Below are positions 34,899 to 44,425 of a DNA stretch of 64,000 nt, one piece after another. The DNA is from an uncultured Actinomycetes bacterium. Lineage in GTDB: Bacteria > Actinomycetota > Thermoleophilia > Gaiellales > Gaiellaceae. The stretch lies in NCBI GenBank assembly GCA_963836925.1, contig CAWILJ010000001.1:39965-103964 (forward strand), read 5' to 3'. The position numbers were made by a program, and so were the translations under genes. The notes under the pieces were generated by a model. It was not told the origin of the DNA, ran no database searches, and saw nothing but the letters and a program-made list of their open reading frames with translations. How positions within the stretch are numbered: the first letter of the stretch is position 1; every line of letters begins with the position of its first letter.

Positions 34899-35351
34899 GT
34901 GATCGCTGCCTCTGCGAGCGACTGGGCCGACTACGCCCTCGCCGTCTTCCTGATCCTGACCGGGCTCGGCCTCGGCTTCGCGCTGTTCAAGCTCGCCTCG
35001 GTCTTCCAACGCGCCGCGTCGTTCATCCGCAGCTCCGAGCGCGAGGTCATGCCCGTGATCTCGAAGACGGGCGGGACGGTCGACCGCGTCAACCGCGAGC
35101 TCGACAAGATCGACCCCGCGACCGACAGCGCGGTCGACGCCGTCGTCGCCGTGGACGAGGCCGTGCGCGCCGTCAGCTTCGCCGTGAAGCGGCCGATCGA
35201 GAAGCTCGTCGGCGCCTCCGCGGGCGCGAGGCACGGCTTTGCGACCATGCGCGCCAAGCGCAACCTGAAGGCCGCGGTTGCGAGCGGGAAGGAGGCCGCG
35301 GCACGCCGCGAGGCCGACTTCGCCGAGGACCTCCGCAAGGCCCACGGCTGA
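34899..35351 (+). CDS. DUF948-type membrane-anchored protein
   Basis: One N-terminal TM segment (YALAVFLILTGLGLGFALF), then a coiled region with ..VDRVNRELDKIDPATDSAVDAV. Its position upstream of alaS is typical. Confidence 0.6.
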   Translation: MIAASASDWADYALAVFLILTGLGLGFALFKLASVFQRAASFIRSSEREVMPVISKTGGTVDRVNRELDKIDPATDSAVDAVVAVDEAVRAVSFAVKRPIEKLVGASAGARHGFATMRAKRNLKAAVASGKEAAARREADFAEDLRKAHG

Positions 35352-35376
35352 GCGATCTCACTCAAACCGGCCGACC

Positions 35377-35382
35377 TACACT
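35377..35382 (+). promoter_or_regulatory. -10-like TACACT, 6 nt upstream of GTG 35389 (leaderless-type)
   Basis: TACACT-gtcccg-GTG. Confidence 0.45.
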
Positions 35383-35388
35383 GTCCCG

Positions 35389-37941
35389 GTGCGCACGACT
35401 GCGGAGCTGCGCGAAGGATTCCTGCGCTTCTACGAGGAGCGCGGGCACCTGCGCGTGCCCTCGCATCCGCTGATCCCGCCTGCCGACGACCCCTCGACGC
35501 TCTTCGTCGTCGCGGGGATGCAGCAGTTCAAGCCGTACTTCCTCGGGCTCCGCGAGCCGCCGGGAAAGCGCGTCGTCAGCGTCCAGAAGGTGCTTCGCGC
35601 GGGTGGCAAGGACACCGACCTCGAGGACGTCGGCCGCACCGACCGGCACTGCTCGTTCTTCGAGATGCTCGGGAACTTCTCGTTCGGCGACTACTTCAAG
35701 GACGAAGCCGTCGAGATGGCCTGGGAGTTCGTCACGAAGCACATGGGTCTCGATCCCGAGAAGCTGTGGGCAACCGTCTACGAGGGCAATCCGGTGCTCG
35801 AGCTCGGCGAGGACACGGTGGCGATCGAGGCGTGGAAGAGGGTCGGGATGCCCGCCGACCGTATCGTCCGTCTCGGCAAGGACAACTTCTGGCAGGCCGC
35901 CGAAACGGGACCGTGCGGGCCGTGCTCCGAGATGTTCCTCGACCGCGGCCCAGAGCACGGCTGCGGCCGCGACGACTGTCGGCCCGGCTGCGAGTGCGAC
36001 CGCTACATGGAGTTCTACAACCTCGTCTTCATGGAGTACGACCTCCGTCCGGGCCCCGAGCTCGTGCCGCTGCCGAGCCAGAACGTCGACACCGGTCTCG
36101 GCGTCGAGCGCGGCGCCTGCCTCCTCCAGGAGGTGGGCTCGGTCTTCGACACCGACGGCTTCCGCCTGATCATGGACTGGGTCGAGGCCGAGTCCGGGGT
36201 GGCCTACGGCGGCGACCCGGTCGCGACCAGGGCACACCGCGTCCTCGCGGACCACGGCCGGGCGATGTCGTTCCTGATCGCAGACGGCGTCACGCCTTCG
36301 AACGAGGGTCGCGGCTACATCTGCCGCCGCATCATCCGCCGTGCCGTCCAGCACGGCCAGCGGATCGGGCTCGACCGCGTCTACCGGCTGGGCGGGGTCG
36401 TCTGCGAGCAGATGGGCGACGCCTATCCCGAGCTCCGCGAGCATCGCGAGGAGATCGAGCGCGTCGTCCGCCTCGAGGAGGAGCGCTTTCGCGAGACCCT
36501 CGCACGCGGCCAGAAGGTCTTCGACGAGTTGGCCGGGCAGGACGCGATCTCGGCCCGGGACGCGTTCGAGCTCGCCACGACCTACGGCTTCCCCGTGGAG
36601 CTCACGCAGGAGCTCGCCGAGGAGCGCGGCCAGGCTGTCGACATCGACGGGTTCCGCGAGCTGATGGAGGGCCACCGCGAGATCTCGCGGGCGGGCGGCG
36701 AGAGCACGACGGAGCAGCTTGCGGCCGAGATCGTCGGCGCAGGCGGCCGCGCGAGCGAGTTCGTCGGCTACGAGAAGACCGACGTCCTCACCGCCGTCGT
36801 CGCCGTCGGGCCGGCCGCCGGCACCCGGCAGCTCGTGAAGCTCGAGCAGAGCCCCTTCTACGCTTCGAGCGGCGGCCAGGTGAGCGACTCCGGCTATCTG
36901 CTTCTCGACGGCTCGGACGTGAAGCTCGACGTCGTCGAGGTGCTCAAGTTCGGCGACGACCAGGTGCTCGCGGTCGAGACAGGCGGCGAGGCGCCCATCG
37001 CCGAGGGAGCCCGTGTACGCGCCGTCGTCGAGTGGGCCGCGCGCTTCCCCACGATGGCGAACCACACCGCGACGCACCTGCTCCACGCCGCGCTCCGCGA
37101 GGTCCTCGGAGACCACGTCAAGCAGGCCGGCTCGGCGGTGCGCCCCGACAAGCTCAGGTTCGACTTCAGCCACCCCCGTCAGCTCAGCTCCGAGGAGCGC
37201 GAGCACGTCGAGCGGCTCGTGAACGAGAAGGTGTTCGAGGCGATCCCCGTGCGGACGTTCGTGACGCCGATCGAGGAGGCCCGGAAGCTCGGCGCGATGA
37301 TGCTCTTCGGCGAGAAGTACGGGAACGAGGTGCGCGTCGTCGAGATCGACGGCTTCTCCCGCGAGCTCTGCGGGGGCACGCACGTGCGGTCGACGGCGGA
37401 GATCGGGCCGTTCGTCATCCTCTCCGAGGCGTCCGTCGGCTCGGGTGCTCGTCGCATCGAGGCGGTGACCGCCGGGGAGGCGTGGGCGTTCCTGCACGGC
37501 CGCTCGCGCGAGCTCGACGCGACGCGCACCGAGCTCGAGCGGGCCCGGCGCGACACGAAGAAGCCGAAGCAGGCCGAGCAGGCCGCCGACGTCGAGCCCG
37601 ACGTCGTGCCGGTCTCGGGCAGCAACATGATCGTGATGGAGGTGCCGAGTGTCGGCGCCGACGCGCTCCTCGACCTCTCGGACCGCTTCAAGCAGCGCAG
37701 CGCGCCCGCGGCTGTCGTCCTCGCCTCCCGCGAGGATGGGACGGTGCACCTGGTCGCGAACTTCGACGAGGGCGTGGCAGGCCGGATCTCGGCGGGCGAC
37801 GTCGTCAAGGAGATCGCCCCGATCGTGGGGGGCGGCGGGGGCGGCCGTCCGACGATGGCGCGCGCCGGCGGGAAGAACCCGGAAGGCGTCTCCGACGCCC
37901 TAGAACGCGCACGCGCGCTGATCTCGGCGGCGCTCGCCTGA
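35389..37941 (+). CDS. alaS: alanine--tRNA ligase
   Basis: VRTTAELREGFLRFYEERGHLRVPS, FEMLGNFSFGDYFK, the editing-domain HTATHLLH motif and CGGTHV. Confidence 0.95.
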   Translation: MRTTAELREGFLRFYEERGHLRVPSHPLIPPADDPSTLFVVAGMQQFKPYFLGLREPPGKRVVSVQKVLRAGGKDTDLEDVGRTDRHCSFFEMLGNFSFGDYFKDEAVEMAWEFVTKHMGLDPEKLWATVYEGNPVLELGEDTVAIEAWKRVGMPADRIVRLGKDNFWQAAETGPCGPCSEMFLDRGPEHGCGRDDCRPGCECDRYMEFYNLVFMEYDLRPGPELVPLPSQNVDTGLGVERGACLLQEVGSVFDTDGFRLIMDWVEAESGVAYGGDPVATRAHRVLADHGRAMSFLIADGVTPSNEGRGYICRRIIRRAVQHGQRIGLDRVYRLGGVVCEQMGDAYPELREHREEIERVVRLEEERFRETLARGQKVFDELAGQDAISARDAFELATTYGFPVELTQELAEERGQAVDIDGFRELMEGHREISRAGGESTTEQLAAEIVGAGGRASEFVGYEKTDVLTAVVAVGPAAGTRQLVKLEQSPFYASSGGQVSDSGYLLLDGSDVKLDVVEVLKFGDDQVLAVETGGEAPIAEGARVRAVVEWAARFPTMANHTATHLLHAALREVLGDHVKQAGSAVRPDKLRFDFSHPRQLSSEEREHVERLVNEKVFEAIPVRTFVTPIEEARKLGAMMLFGEKYGNEVRVVEIDGFSRELCGGTHVRSTAEIGPFVILSEASVGSGARRIEAVTAGEAWAFLHGRSRELDATRTELERARRDTKKPKQAEQAADVEPDVVPVSGSNMIVMEVPSVGADALLDLSDRFKQRSAPAAVVLASREDGTVHLVANFDEGVAGRISAGDVVKEIAPIVGGGGGGRPTMARAGGKNPEGVSDALERARALISAALA

Positions 37942-37949
37942 GTGCACGC

Positions 37950-38324
37950 GTGAAGGTCCTCGCGCTCGATTACGGCTCGGCGCGGACCGGCATCGCCGTC
38001 TCCGATCCCACCGGCACCGTCGCGCGGCCCGTCGGCGTCGCCGCGAAGGTGGGCACGCCCGCCGGGATGGAGGCACTCCTCGCGGCGATCGCAGCGGAGG
38101 GGCCGGAGCGCATCGTGGTCGGGCTCCCGGTGACGCTTCGCGGCGAGATCGGCGAGCAGGCCCGCGAGACTCTCGGGTTCGTCGAGTCGCTTCGCGGTGC
38201 GGTCCAGATCCCCGTGGAGACCTACGACGAGCGGTTCACGTCCTCGCTCGCGGGCGGCGACGATGCCCGCGCCGCCGCGTACCTGCTCTCCAGCTACCTG
38301 GAATGGCTCGGCGCGAGGGCCTAG
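37950..38324 (+). CDS. ruvX: Holliday junction resolvase-like RuvX (YqgF)
   Basis: VKVLALDYGSARTGIAVSD..., YDERFTS. Confidence 0.85.
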   Translation: MKVLALDYGSARTGIAVSDPTGTVARPVGVAAKVGTPAGMEALLAAIAAEGPERIVVGLPVTLRGEIGEQARETLGFVESLRGAVQIPVETYDERFTSSLAGGDDARAAAYLLSSYLEWLGARA

Positions 38325-39187
38325 ACCGCACCATCCGCCGGCGCCGGATCGTCGCAGCGGTTGTCTTCGTGCTGGTGATCGCGGGCGTCGCAGGTGTCTC
38401 GGTCGCGGCTGTCCGGCATCACACGGCCAGGCCGGCGCCGACGACCACGGTCACACTTCCGCCGGTCGTCAAGCCGTTCCACATCGTCTTCCCGGAGGGG
38501 TTCACGCGGGAGCAGATGGCCGAGCGCGTGAAGGTCGTCGCGAAGATCGCCGACAAGGAGCACCGCGGCCGCGTCCGCCTGAGCAAGGCGTCGTACCTCG
38601 CCGCCTCGAAGGGAGCGGTCGTGCCGTGCTTCGGCAAGCAGAAGCGCACGAACCTCGAGGGCTTCCTGTTCCCGGCGACGTACCCGTTCTACAAGCAGAC
38701 CACGGCCCGCCAGCTCGTGGTCCAGCAGATCAGGACGTTCTGCCGCGAATGGCGTCGCGTGAAGCTCGCCTACGCCCGCTCCAAGAACCTGACCCCGTAC
38801 GACGTGCTCGAGATCGGCTCGATGGTCGAGCGTGAGGCGTCGGTGCCGGCGGAGCGGGCGCTCGTCGCCGCGGTGGTCTACAACCGCCTCCACAACCGGA
38901 TGCAGCTCGGCATCGACGCGACCCTCCGCTACGGGCTTCACATCCCGCCGACGAAGTCGATCACCCAGTCCGAGCTCGGCAGCTCGAACCCGTACAACAC
39001 GCGCCGGTTCTACGGCCTGCCGCCGACGGCGATCGCGAACCCCGGCCTCGCCGCGCTCCAGGCAGCGGCGCACCCCGCGCGCGTCGACTACCTCTACTAC
39101 GTGCGGAAGCCCGATCACAAGCACCACTTCTTCACCGCGAGCCCCTCGGCGTTCGACGAGTACCTCGCTGCGCACGGGTACAAGTGA
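38303..39187 (+). CDS. mltG: endolytic transglycosylase MltG (YceG family)
   Basis: One N-terminal TM segment, LEGFLFPATY, IGSMVEREA, YNTRRFYGLPPTAIANPG. Confidence 0.85.
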   Translation: MARREGLDRTIRRRRIVAAVVFVLVIAGVAGVSVAAVRHHTARPAPTTTVTLPPVVKPFHIVFPEGFTREQMAERVKVVAKIADKEHRGRVRLSKASYLAASKGAVVPCFGKQKRTNLEGFLFPATYPFYKQTTARQLVVQQIRTFCREWRRVKLAYARSKNLTPYDVLEIGSMVEREASVPAERALVAAVVYNRLHNRMQLGIDATLRYGLHIPPTKSITQSELGSSNPYNTRRFYGLPPTAIANPGLAALQAAAHPARVDYLYYVRKPDHKHHFFTASPSAFDEYLAAHGYK

Positions 39188-39867
39188 CGAGCCACGTCGC
39201 CCTGCTCGGGCATCCGGTCTGGCACTCGCTCTCGCCCCGGATGCAGAACGCCGCCTTCGCCGCGGCCCAGCTCGACTGGCACTACTCGGCCTTCGACGTC
39301 GAGGACCCCGTGGCGGCGGTCTCCGCACTGCGGGAGCTCGGCTTCGCCGGGGCCAATGTGACGATCCCGCACAAGCAGACGGTCGTCGCCGCGTGCGACG
39401 AGGCCGACGGCGAGGCGGTCAACACGCTGATCCTCCGCGACGACCGGGTGGTCGGCGTCAACACCGACAAGGAGATCCTCGCCGGGATCGCAGCGACCCG
39501 CGCCTGCGTGATCGGCGCGGGCGGGGCGGCGCTGACGCTCGGGCCGGCGCTTCCGGCCGACACGCGCGTCTACTCCCGGCGCGGTGAGTGGCCGCCCGAC
39601 GCGACCGGCTGCGACCTGATCGTGAACGCGACCCCGGTGCGCGACGAGCTCCTGGTGCAGCCGCGCCCGGGCCAGGTCGTGGTCGAGCTCGCCTACTCGC
39701 CCGACGGAGGGGACACGGCTCTCGTCGCGGCGGCCCGGGCGGCCGGCTGCGAGGTGGTGGACGGGCTCGAGGCGCTCGTCCGGCAGGGGGCGAGGTCGTT
39801 CGAGCTCTGGACCGGGATCCCGGCTCCGGTAGGGGTCATGCGCGACGCGATTCGGATCCCGGTCTAG
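39184..39867 (+). CDS. aroE: shikimate dehydrogenase (short form)
   Basis: GTGA overlap with mltG. Contains LLGHPVWHSLSPRMQNAAF, NVTIPHK, NTD and VIGAGGAA. Confidence 0.8.
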   Translation: MTSHVALLGHPVWHSLSPRMQNAAFAAAQLDWHYSAFDVEDPVAAVSALRELGFAGANVTIPHKQTVVAACDEADGEAVNTLILRDDRVVGVNTDKEILAGIAATRACVIGAGGAALTLGPALPADTRVYSRRGEWPPDATGCDLIVNATPVRDELLVQPRPGQVVVELAYSPDGGDTALVAAARAAGCEVVDGLEALVRQGARSFELWTGIPAPVGVMRDAIRIPV

Positions 39868-39870
39868 GCT
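39865..39870 (+). promoter_or_regulatory. -10-like TAGGCT (includes the aroE stop), 6 nt upstream of GTG 39877
   Basis: TAGGCT-ctgagg-GTG. Confidence 0.35.
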
Positions 39871-39876
39871 CTGAGG

Positions 39877-40938
39877 GTGCCTCTTCGCGTTGCCACCGCA
39901 GGTGAGTCGCACGGGCCTGGGCTCGTCGCGATCGTGACCGGGCTTCCCGCCGGGCTCGAGCTCGACCGCGACGCGATCGACCGCGACCTCCACCGGCGCC
40001 AGCAGGGCTACGGCCGCTCGCCGCGCCAGCAGATCGAGAAGGACAAGGTCGAGGTGCTCGCCGGGCTGCGACACGGGAGGACGATCGGGACGCCGCTCGC
40101 GCTCGTCGTCCGGAACGTCGACCACAAGAGCTGGACGTGGGGGATGAGCCCCTGGCCGCCCGAGGGCGACCCTCACGGGAAGGGCACGAAGGCGGTGACG
40201 CTGCCGCGGCCGGGCCACGCCGACCTCGCCGGCGTCCAGAAGTACGACCTCGACGACGTGCGGAACGCCCTCGAGCGCGCCTCCGCCCGGCATACGGCGG
40301 TGCACGTGGCTGTCGGCGGCGTCGCGAAGGCGCTGCTCGGAGCGATCGGCGTCTCGGTCGAGGGCTCGACCGTCGACGAGGAGGCGCTCCGCGAGCGGAT
40401 CGACGAGGCGCGCACGGCCCGCGACACCGTCGGCGGCGTCGTCGAGGTGCGGGCACGCGGCGTCCCGCCGGGACTCGGCTCGTACGCGTCGAAGGACGAC
40501 CGCCTCGACGCGCGACTCGCCGCCGCGGTGATGGGGATCCAGGCGGTGAAGGGCGTCGAGATCGGCGATGGGTTCTCGCTCGCGTCGAAGCTCGGCTCGG
40601 AGGCCCACGACGAGATCGGCATCGACAAGCGGCGCACCTCGAACCACGCCGGCGGGATCGAGGCGGGTGTCTCGAACGGCGAGGAGATCGTCGTCCGCGC
40701 CGCGATGAAGCCGCTCCCGACCCTGATGAAGCCGCTCGGCTCCGTCGATCTGGCGACAGGCGAGCCCGCGCAGGCGCTCGTGGAGCGCTCCGACGTCGCT
40801 GCGGTCGAGGCGCTTGCGGTCGTCGCCGAGTCGGCGGTCGCGTGGGAGCTCGCCCGTGCCGCGCACGAGAAGTTCGGCGGCGACACGGTCGGCGACTTCG
40901 CCGCCGCCTGGCGAGCGTACGTCGAACGCATCTCATGA
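39877..40938 (+). CDS. aroC: chorismate synthase
   Basis: LRVATAGESHGPGLVAIVTGLPAG, RPGHADL, GGIEAG. Confidence 0.95.
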   Translation: MPLRVATAGESHGPGLVAIVTGLPAGLELDRDAIDRDLHRRQQGYGRSPRQQIEKDKVEVLAGLRHGRTIGTPLALVVRNVDHKSWTWGMSPWPPEGDPHGKGTKAVTLPRPGHADLAGVQKYDLDDVRNALERASARHTAVHVAVGGVAKALLGAIGVSVEGSTVDEEALRERIDEARTARDTVGGVVEVRARGVPPGLGSYASKDDRLDARLAAAVMGIQAVKGVEIGDGFSLASKLGSEAHDEIGIDKRRTSNHAGGIEAGVSNGEEIVVRAAMKPLPTLMKPLGSVDLATGEPAQALVERSDVAAVEALAVVAESAVAWELARAAHEKFGGDTVGDFAAAWRAYVERIS

Positions 40939-42338
40939 GTGGCCGTCTGAACGCGCTCGGGCGCCACGTCGTCCTGATCGGCTTCATGGGGGCCGGGAAG
41001 ACGACGCACGGGAAGGACGCTGCGACACGGCTTGGACGGGAGTTCCTCGACCTCGACCGGGCGATCGAGGAGCGGGCCGGGAAGACGATCCCCGAGCTGT
41101 TCGAGGAGCGCGGCGAGAGCGGGTTCCGCGAGATCGAGCGGCATGCAGCCCGTGTTGCGTTGTCGAGCTCCGAGCCCGCCGTGATCGCGCTGGGCGGGGG
41201 CGCGCTCGGGAACCCGGAGACGCGTGAGCTCGTCGCGTCGGCCTTCACCGTGCTGATGGAGATCGACGCGGACGCAGCCTGGGAGCGGGCCCGGCGGTCC
41301 AAGCGCCCGCTTGCGCGCGACGAGGGCGAGTTTCGCCGTCTGTACGGCGAGCGCGAGCTGGTGTACCGCGAGGCAGCGGACGCGGTCGCGACGGACACGT
41401 CCGGGATCGTGCTCGCAGCCGGAGGCGTGCATTACGAGCGCGGCGGCCTCGACCGGCTGGGCGAGCTCGTGCCCGGCGACGGCCCGGTGGCGCTCGTAGC
41501 GGACAACACCGTGATGGGGATCTACGGCGCCCGCGCGCAGGAGGCGCTGGGCGGCCGGCTCGTCTCCGTGCACGAGCTGCCGGTCGGGGAGGAGGCCAAG
41601 GCGATCCCGGTGGTCACGCGCCTCTGGCGCGAGCTCCGGCTCGACCGCGGCGGCACGCTCGTCGCCCTCGGCGGCGGCTGCACGACCGACCTGGCCGGCT
41701 TCACGGCTGCGACGTACCTCCGCGGCGTGCCGTGGGTCTCGGTGCCGACCACGCTCGTCGGCCAGGTCGACGCCGCGATCGGCGGCAAGACCGGCATCGA
41801 CATCCCCGAGGGCAAGAACCTCGTCGGCGCGTTCCACTGGCCCGCACGGGTCGTCCTCGACGAGACCCTGCTCGAGACGCTCCCCGAGCGCGAGCGGCGT
41901 CAGGGGATGGCCGAGCTCGTCAAGACGCGGCTGCTGGCCGACCGGCGGCTCGACGTGCGAGGCGCCGCGGCGTACAAGGCGGGCATCTGCGTCCAGGACC
42001 CGCACGACCACGGGCCGCGCCGCTGGCTCAACCTCGGCCACACCTTCGCCCACGGCCTCGAGGCGGGCGCCGACTACGACCTGCCGCACGGCGAGGCGGT
42101 GGCGCTCGGGCTGCTCGCGGCGCTCCGATTGTCGGGCCGGGACACCGGGGACGTCGAGAGGGAGCTCGATCCTCGACCGGCCGCAGTCGATCGCGAGCGC
42201 GCGTGGCAGGCGCTCCTCCGCGACAAGAAACGCTCCGGCGACGCCATCAACGTCGTCCTCCTCGGCGAGGACGGGCCGTACGTCGGGCCGAGGCCGGCCG
42301 AAGAGGTGCGGCGCGAGCTCGAGCGGTTGATCGCGTAG
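40935..42338 (+). CDS. aroKB: bifunctional shikimate kinase / 3-dehydroquinate synthase (AroK-AroB fusion)
   Basis: ATGA overlap with aroC. The AroK part has the P-loop GFMGAGKTT. The AroB part has GGGCTTDLAGFTAATYLRGVPWVSVPTTLVGQVDAAIGGKTGI, GKNLVGAFHWP and HTFAHGLE...HGEAVALG. It is one continuous frame of 467 aa. Confidence 0.85.
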   Translation: MSGRLNALGRHVVLIGFMGAGKTTHGKDAATRLGREFLDLDRAIEERAGKTIPELFEERGESGFREIERHAARVALSSSEPAVIALGGGALGNPETRELVASAFTVLMEIDADAAWERARRSKRPLARDEGEFRRLYGERELVYREAADAVATDTSGIVLAAGGVHYERGGLDRLGELVPGDGPVALVADNTVMGIYGARAQEALGGRLVSVHELPVGEEAKAIPVVTRLWRELRLDRGGTLVALGGGCTTDLAGFTAATYLRGVPWVSVPTTLVGQVDAAIGGKTGIDIPEGKNLVGAFHWPARVVLDETLLETLPERERRQGMAELVKTRLLADRRLDVRGAAAYKAGICVQDPHDHGPRRWLNLGHTFAHGLEAGADYDLPHGEAVALGLLAALRLSGRDTGDVERELDPRPAAVDRERAWQALLRDKKRSGDAINVVLLGEDGPYVGPRPAEEVRRELERLIA

Positions 42339-42341
42339 ATT
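42336..42341 (+). promoter_or_regulatory. -10-like TAGATT (includes the aroKB stop), 7 nt upstream of ATG 42349
   Basis: TAGATT-cctcgga-ATG. Confidence 0.4.
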
Positions 42342-42348
42342 CCTCGGA

Positions 42349-42780
42349 ATGCAGGTGCTCGTGCTGAACGGCGTCAACCTCGACATGCTCGCCGAGCGGG
42401 ACCCCGCGGTCTACGGCGGCCTCTCGATCAACGAGCTCGAGACGAAGGTGTACGCGTGGGCGCGCGAGCTCGGGCTCGCCGCGCGCTGCCAGCACACGAA
42501 CCACGAGGGCGAGTACATCGACTGGATCCACAACGCGCACGGTGACGCCGACGGGCTGATCGTCAACCCGGGCGCGTGGTCGCACTACAGCTGGGCGATC
42601 CACGACGCGCTCGACATCCTCGAGGTCCCGATCGTCGAGGTACACCTCTCGAACATCCACGAGCGCGAGGAATGGCGCCGCAACTCGGTGGTCGCCGACC
42701 TCGCCGCGCACCGGGTGATCGGCAAGGGGCCCGACGGCTACCGCGAGGCGCTCGTCTACCTGTCGGAGCGGCGAACGTGA
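42349..42780 (+). CDS. aroQ: type II 3-dehydroquinate dehydratase
   Basis: MQVLVLNGVNLDMLAERDPAVYGG, NHEGEYIDWIH, NPGAWSHYS, VEVHLSNIHERE. Confidence 0.9.
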   Translation: MQVLVLNGVNLDMLAERDPAVYGGLSINELETKVYAWARELGLAARCQHTNHEGEYIDWIHNAHGDADGLIVNPGAWSHYSWAIHDALDILEVPIVEVHLSNIHEREEWRRNSVVADLAAHRVIGKGPDGYREALVYLSERRT

Positions 42781-43817
42781 GCTCGCGGCTCGAGCGGCTG
42801 CAGGCGACGCTCAAGCACCGGCTCTTGATCACGAACCTGGTCAACATCCGTTGGCTGACGGGGTTCGAGACGTCGAACGCGGCGCTGCTCGTCGATCCGA
42901 AGGGGACGGCGAAGCTCTTCACGGACTTCCGCTACATCGAGGGCGCCGAGGCGATCCCGGGAGTCGAGGCGGTGCGCGCGCGTCGGTCGCTGATGGTCGA
43001 TCTCGCGAGTCGGCTGCGCGGGAAGATCGGGTTCGAGGCGGACATCCTGCCGTGGTCGCAGGTGCAGTCGCTCGGCTCGCACGGGCTCGAGCTCGTGCCG
43101 ATGACGGGCGCGGTCGAGGCGTTGCGGGCCGTGAAGGACGAGGAGGAGATCGGGATCATCTCGCGCTCTGCACGGGCGGCCGAGAGGGCGTTCGAGGCAC
43201 TGACCGCCGAGACCTGGATCGGACGGAGCGAGCGGGAGCTGGCGTGGCGGCTGCGCACGTTGATGCACGCACACGGTGTCGATCACCTCGGCTTCGAGAC
43301 CGCCGTGGCCGCGGGCCCGAACGGCTCGAAGCCGCACGGCGAGCCCGACGACTCGATCGTCGAGACCCGGATGCTGGTCACGGTCGACTGGGGCGCGCAC
43401 CTCGACGGCTACTGCTCCGACTGCACGCGGACGCTCTCGACGGGCGGGGTCTCGCCGAAGCTGCGCGAGATCTACGACGTCTGCCTCGAGGCGCAGCTCG
43501 CCGCCGTCGCGGGCATCGAGCCGGGGATGACCGGCGTCGAGGCCGACGGCATCGCCCGGAAGATCATCACGGACGCCGGCTACGGCGAGGAGTTCGGCCA
43601 CGGCCTCGGCCACGGGGTCGGTGTCGCGATCCACGAGGCACCGCGCCTCTCCGCCGAGTCGAGCGACACGCTCGAGGTCGGGAACGTGATCACGATCGAG
43701 CCGGGCATCTACCTGCCCGGCCTCGGCGGGGTTCGGATCGAGGACCTCGCCGTCGTGCGCGAGGACGGCGTCGAGCTCCTCACGAGGTTCCCGAAGGACT
43801 TCGTCACCGTCGGCTGA
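42777..43817 (+). CDS. M24 family Xaa-Pro aminopeptidase
   Basis: GTGA overlap with aroQ. Contains DWGAHLDGYCSDCTRT, GHGLGHGVGVAIHE, TIEPGIY and GGVRIED. Confidence 0.85.
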   Translation: MSSRLERLQATLKHRLLITNLVNIRWLTGFETSNAALLVDPKGTAKLFTDFRYIEGAEAIPGVEAVRARRSLMVDLASRLRGKIGFEADILPWSQVQSLGSHGLELVPMTGAVEALRAVKDEEEIGIISRSARAAERAFEALTAETWIGRSERELAWRLRTLMHAHGVDHLGFETAVAAGPNGSKPHGEPDDSIVETRMLVTVDWGAHLDGYCSDCTRTLSTGGVSPKLREIYDVCLEAQLAAVAGIEPGMTGVEADGIARKIITDAGYGEEFGHGLGHGVGVAIHEAPRLSAESSDTLEVGNVITIEPGIYLPGLGGVRIEDLAVVREDGVELLTRFPKDFVTVG

Positions 43818-43843
43818 GATGCGGTGAGCCGCCCGAGCGGGGG

Positions 43844-43849
43844 TAGACT
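43844..43849 (+). promoter_or_regulatory. -10-like TAGACT, 9 nt upstream of ATG 43859
   Basis: TAGACT-cccgcgccg-ATG. Confidence 0.35.
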
Positions 43850-43858
43850 CCCGCGCCG

Positions 43859-44425
43859 ATGGCCGAGGTCCTCTCCACCAACCAGTTCAAGAACGGCATG
43901 CACATCTCGCTCGAGGGGCAGACGTGGCGCATCGTCGAGTTCCAGCACGTGAAGCCCGGGAAGGGCGGCGCGTTCGTCCGCACGAAGCTGAAGAATTACG
44001 AGTCCGGCGCGGTCGTGGACAGGACATTCCGCGCGGGCGAGAAGTTCGAGCGCATTCGGACCGAGACGAAGAACATGCAGTACCTGTACGACGCGGGTGA
44101 CGAGGTCGTGTTCATGGACGAGGAGACCTTCGAGCAACTGTCGCTGCCCCGCTCCGCGGTCGCGGACGACCTGCCGTTCATGCAGCCGTCCCAGTCCTTC
44201 CAGGTGATGTTCGTCGGCGAGCGCGCGTCGGGCATCGACCTGCCCTCCTCGGTCGTCCTCGAGGTGACCGACACCGAGCCCGGCATCAAGGGCGACACCG
44301 TCTCGAACGTGACGAAGCCGGCGACGCTCGAGACCGGGGGGATCGTCCAGGTGCCGCTGTTCGTGAACATCGGCGACAAGGTCAAGGTCGACCCGCGCGA
44401 GAAGCGCTACATAAGCCGAGCGTAG
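43859..44425 (+). CDS. efp: elongation factor P
   Basis: STNQFKNGMHISLEGQTWRIVEFQHVKPGKGGAFVRTKLKN..., ETGGIVQVPLF. Confidence 0.95.
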   Translation: MAEVLSTNQFKNGMHISLEGQTWRIVEFQHVKPGKGGAFVRTKLKNYESGAVVDRTFRAGEKFERIRTETKNMQYLYDAGDEVVFMDEETFEQLSLPRSAVADDLPFMQPSQSFQVMFVGERASGIDLPSSVVLEVTDTEPGIKGDTVSNVTKPATLETGGIVQVPLFVNIGDKVKVDPREKRYISRA

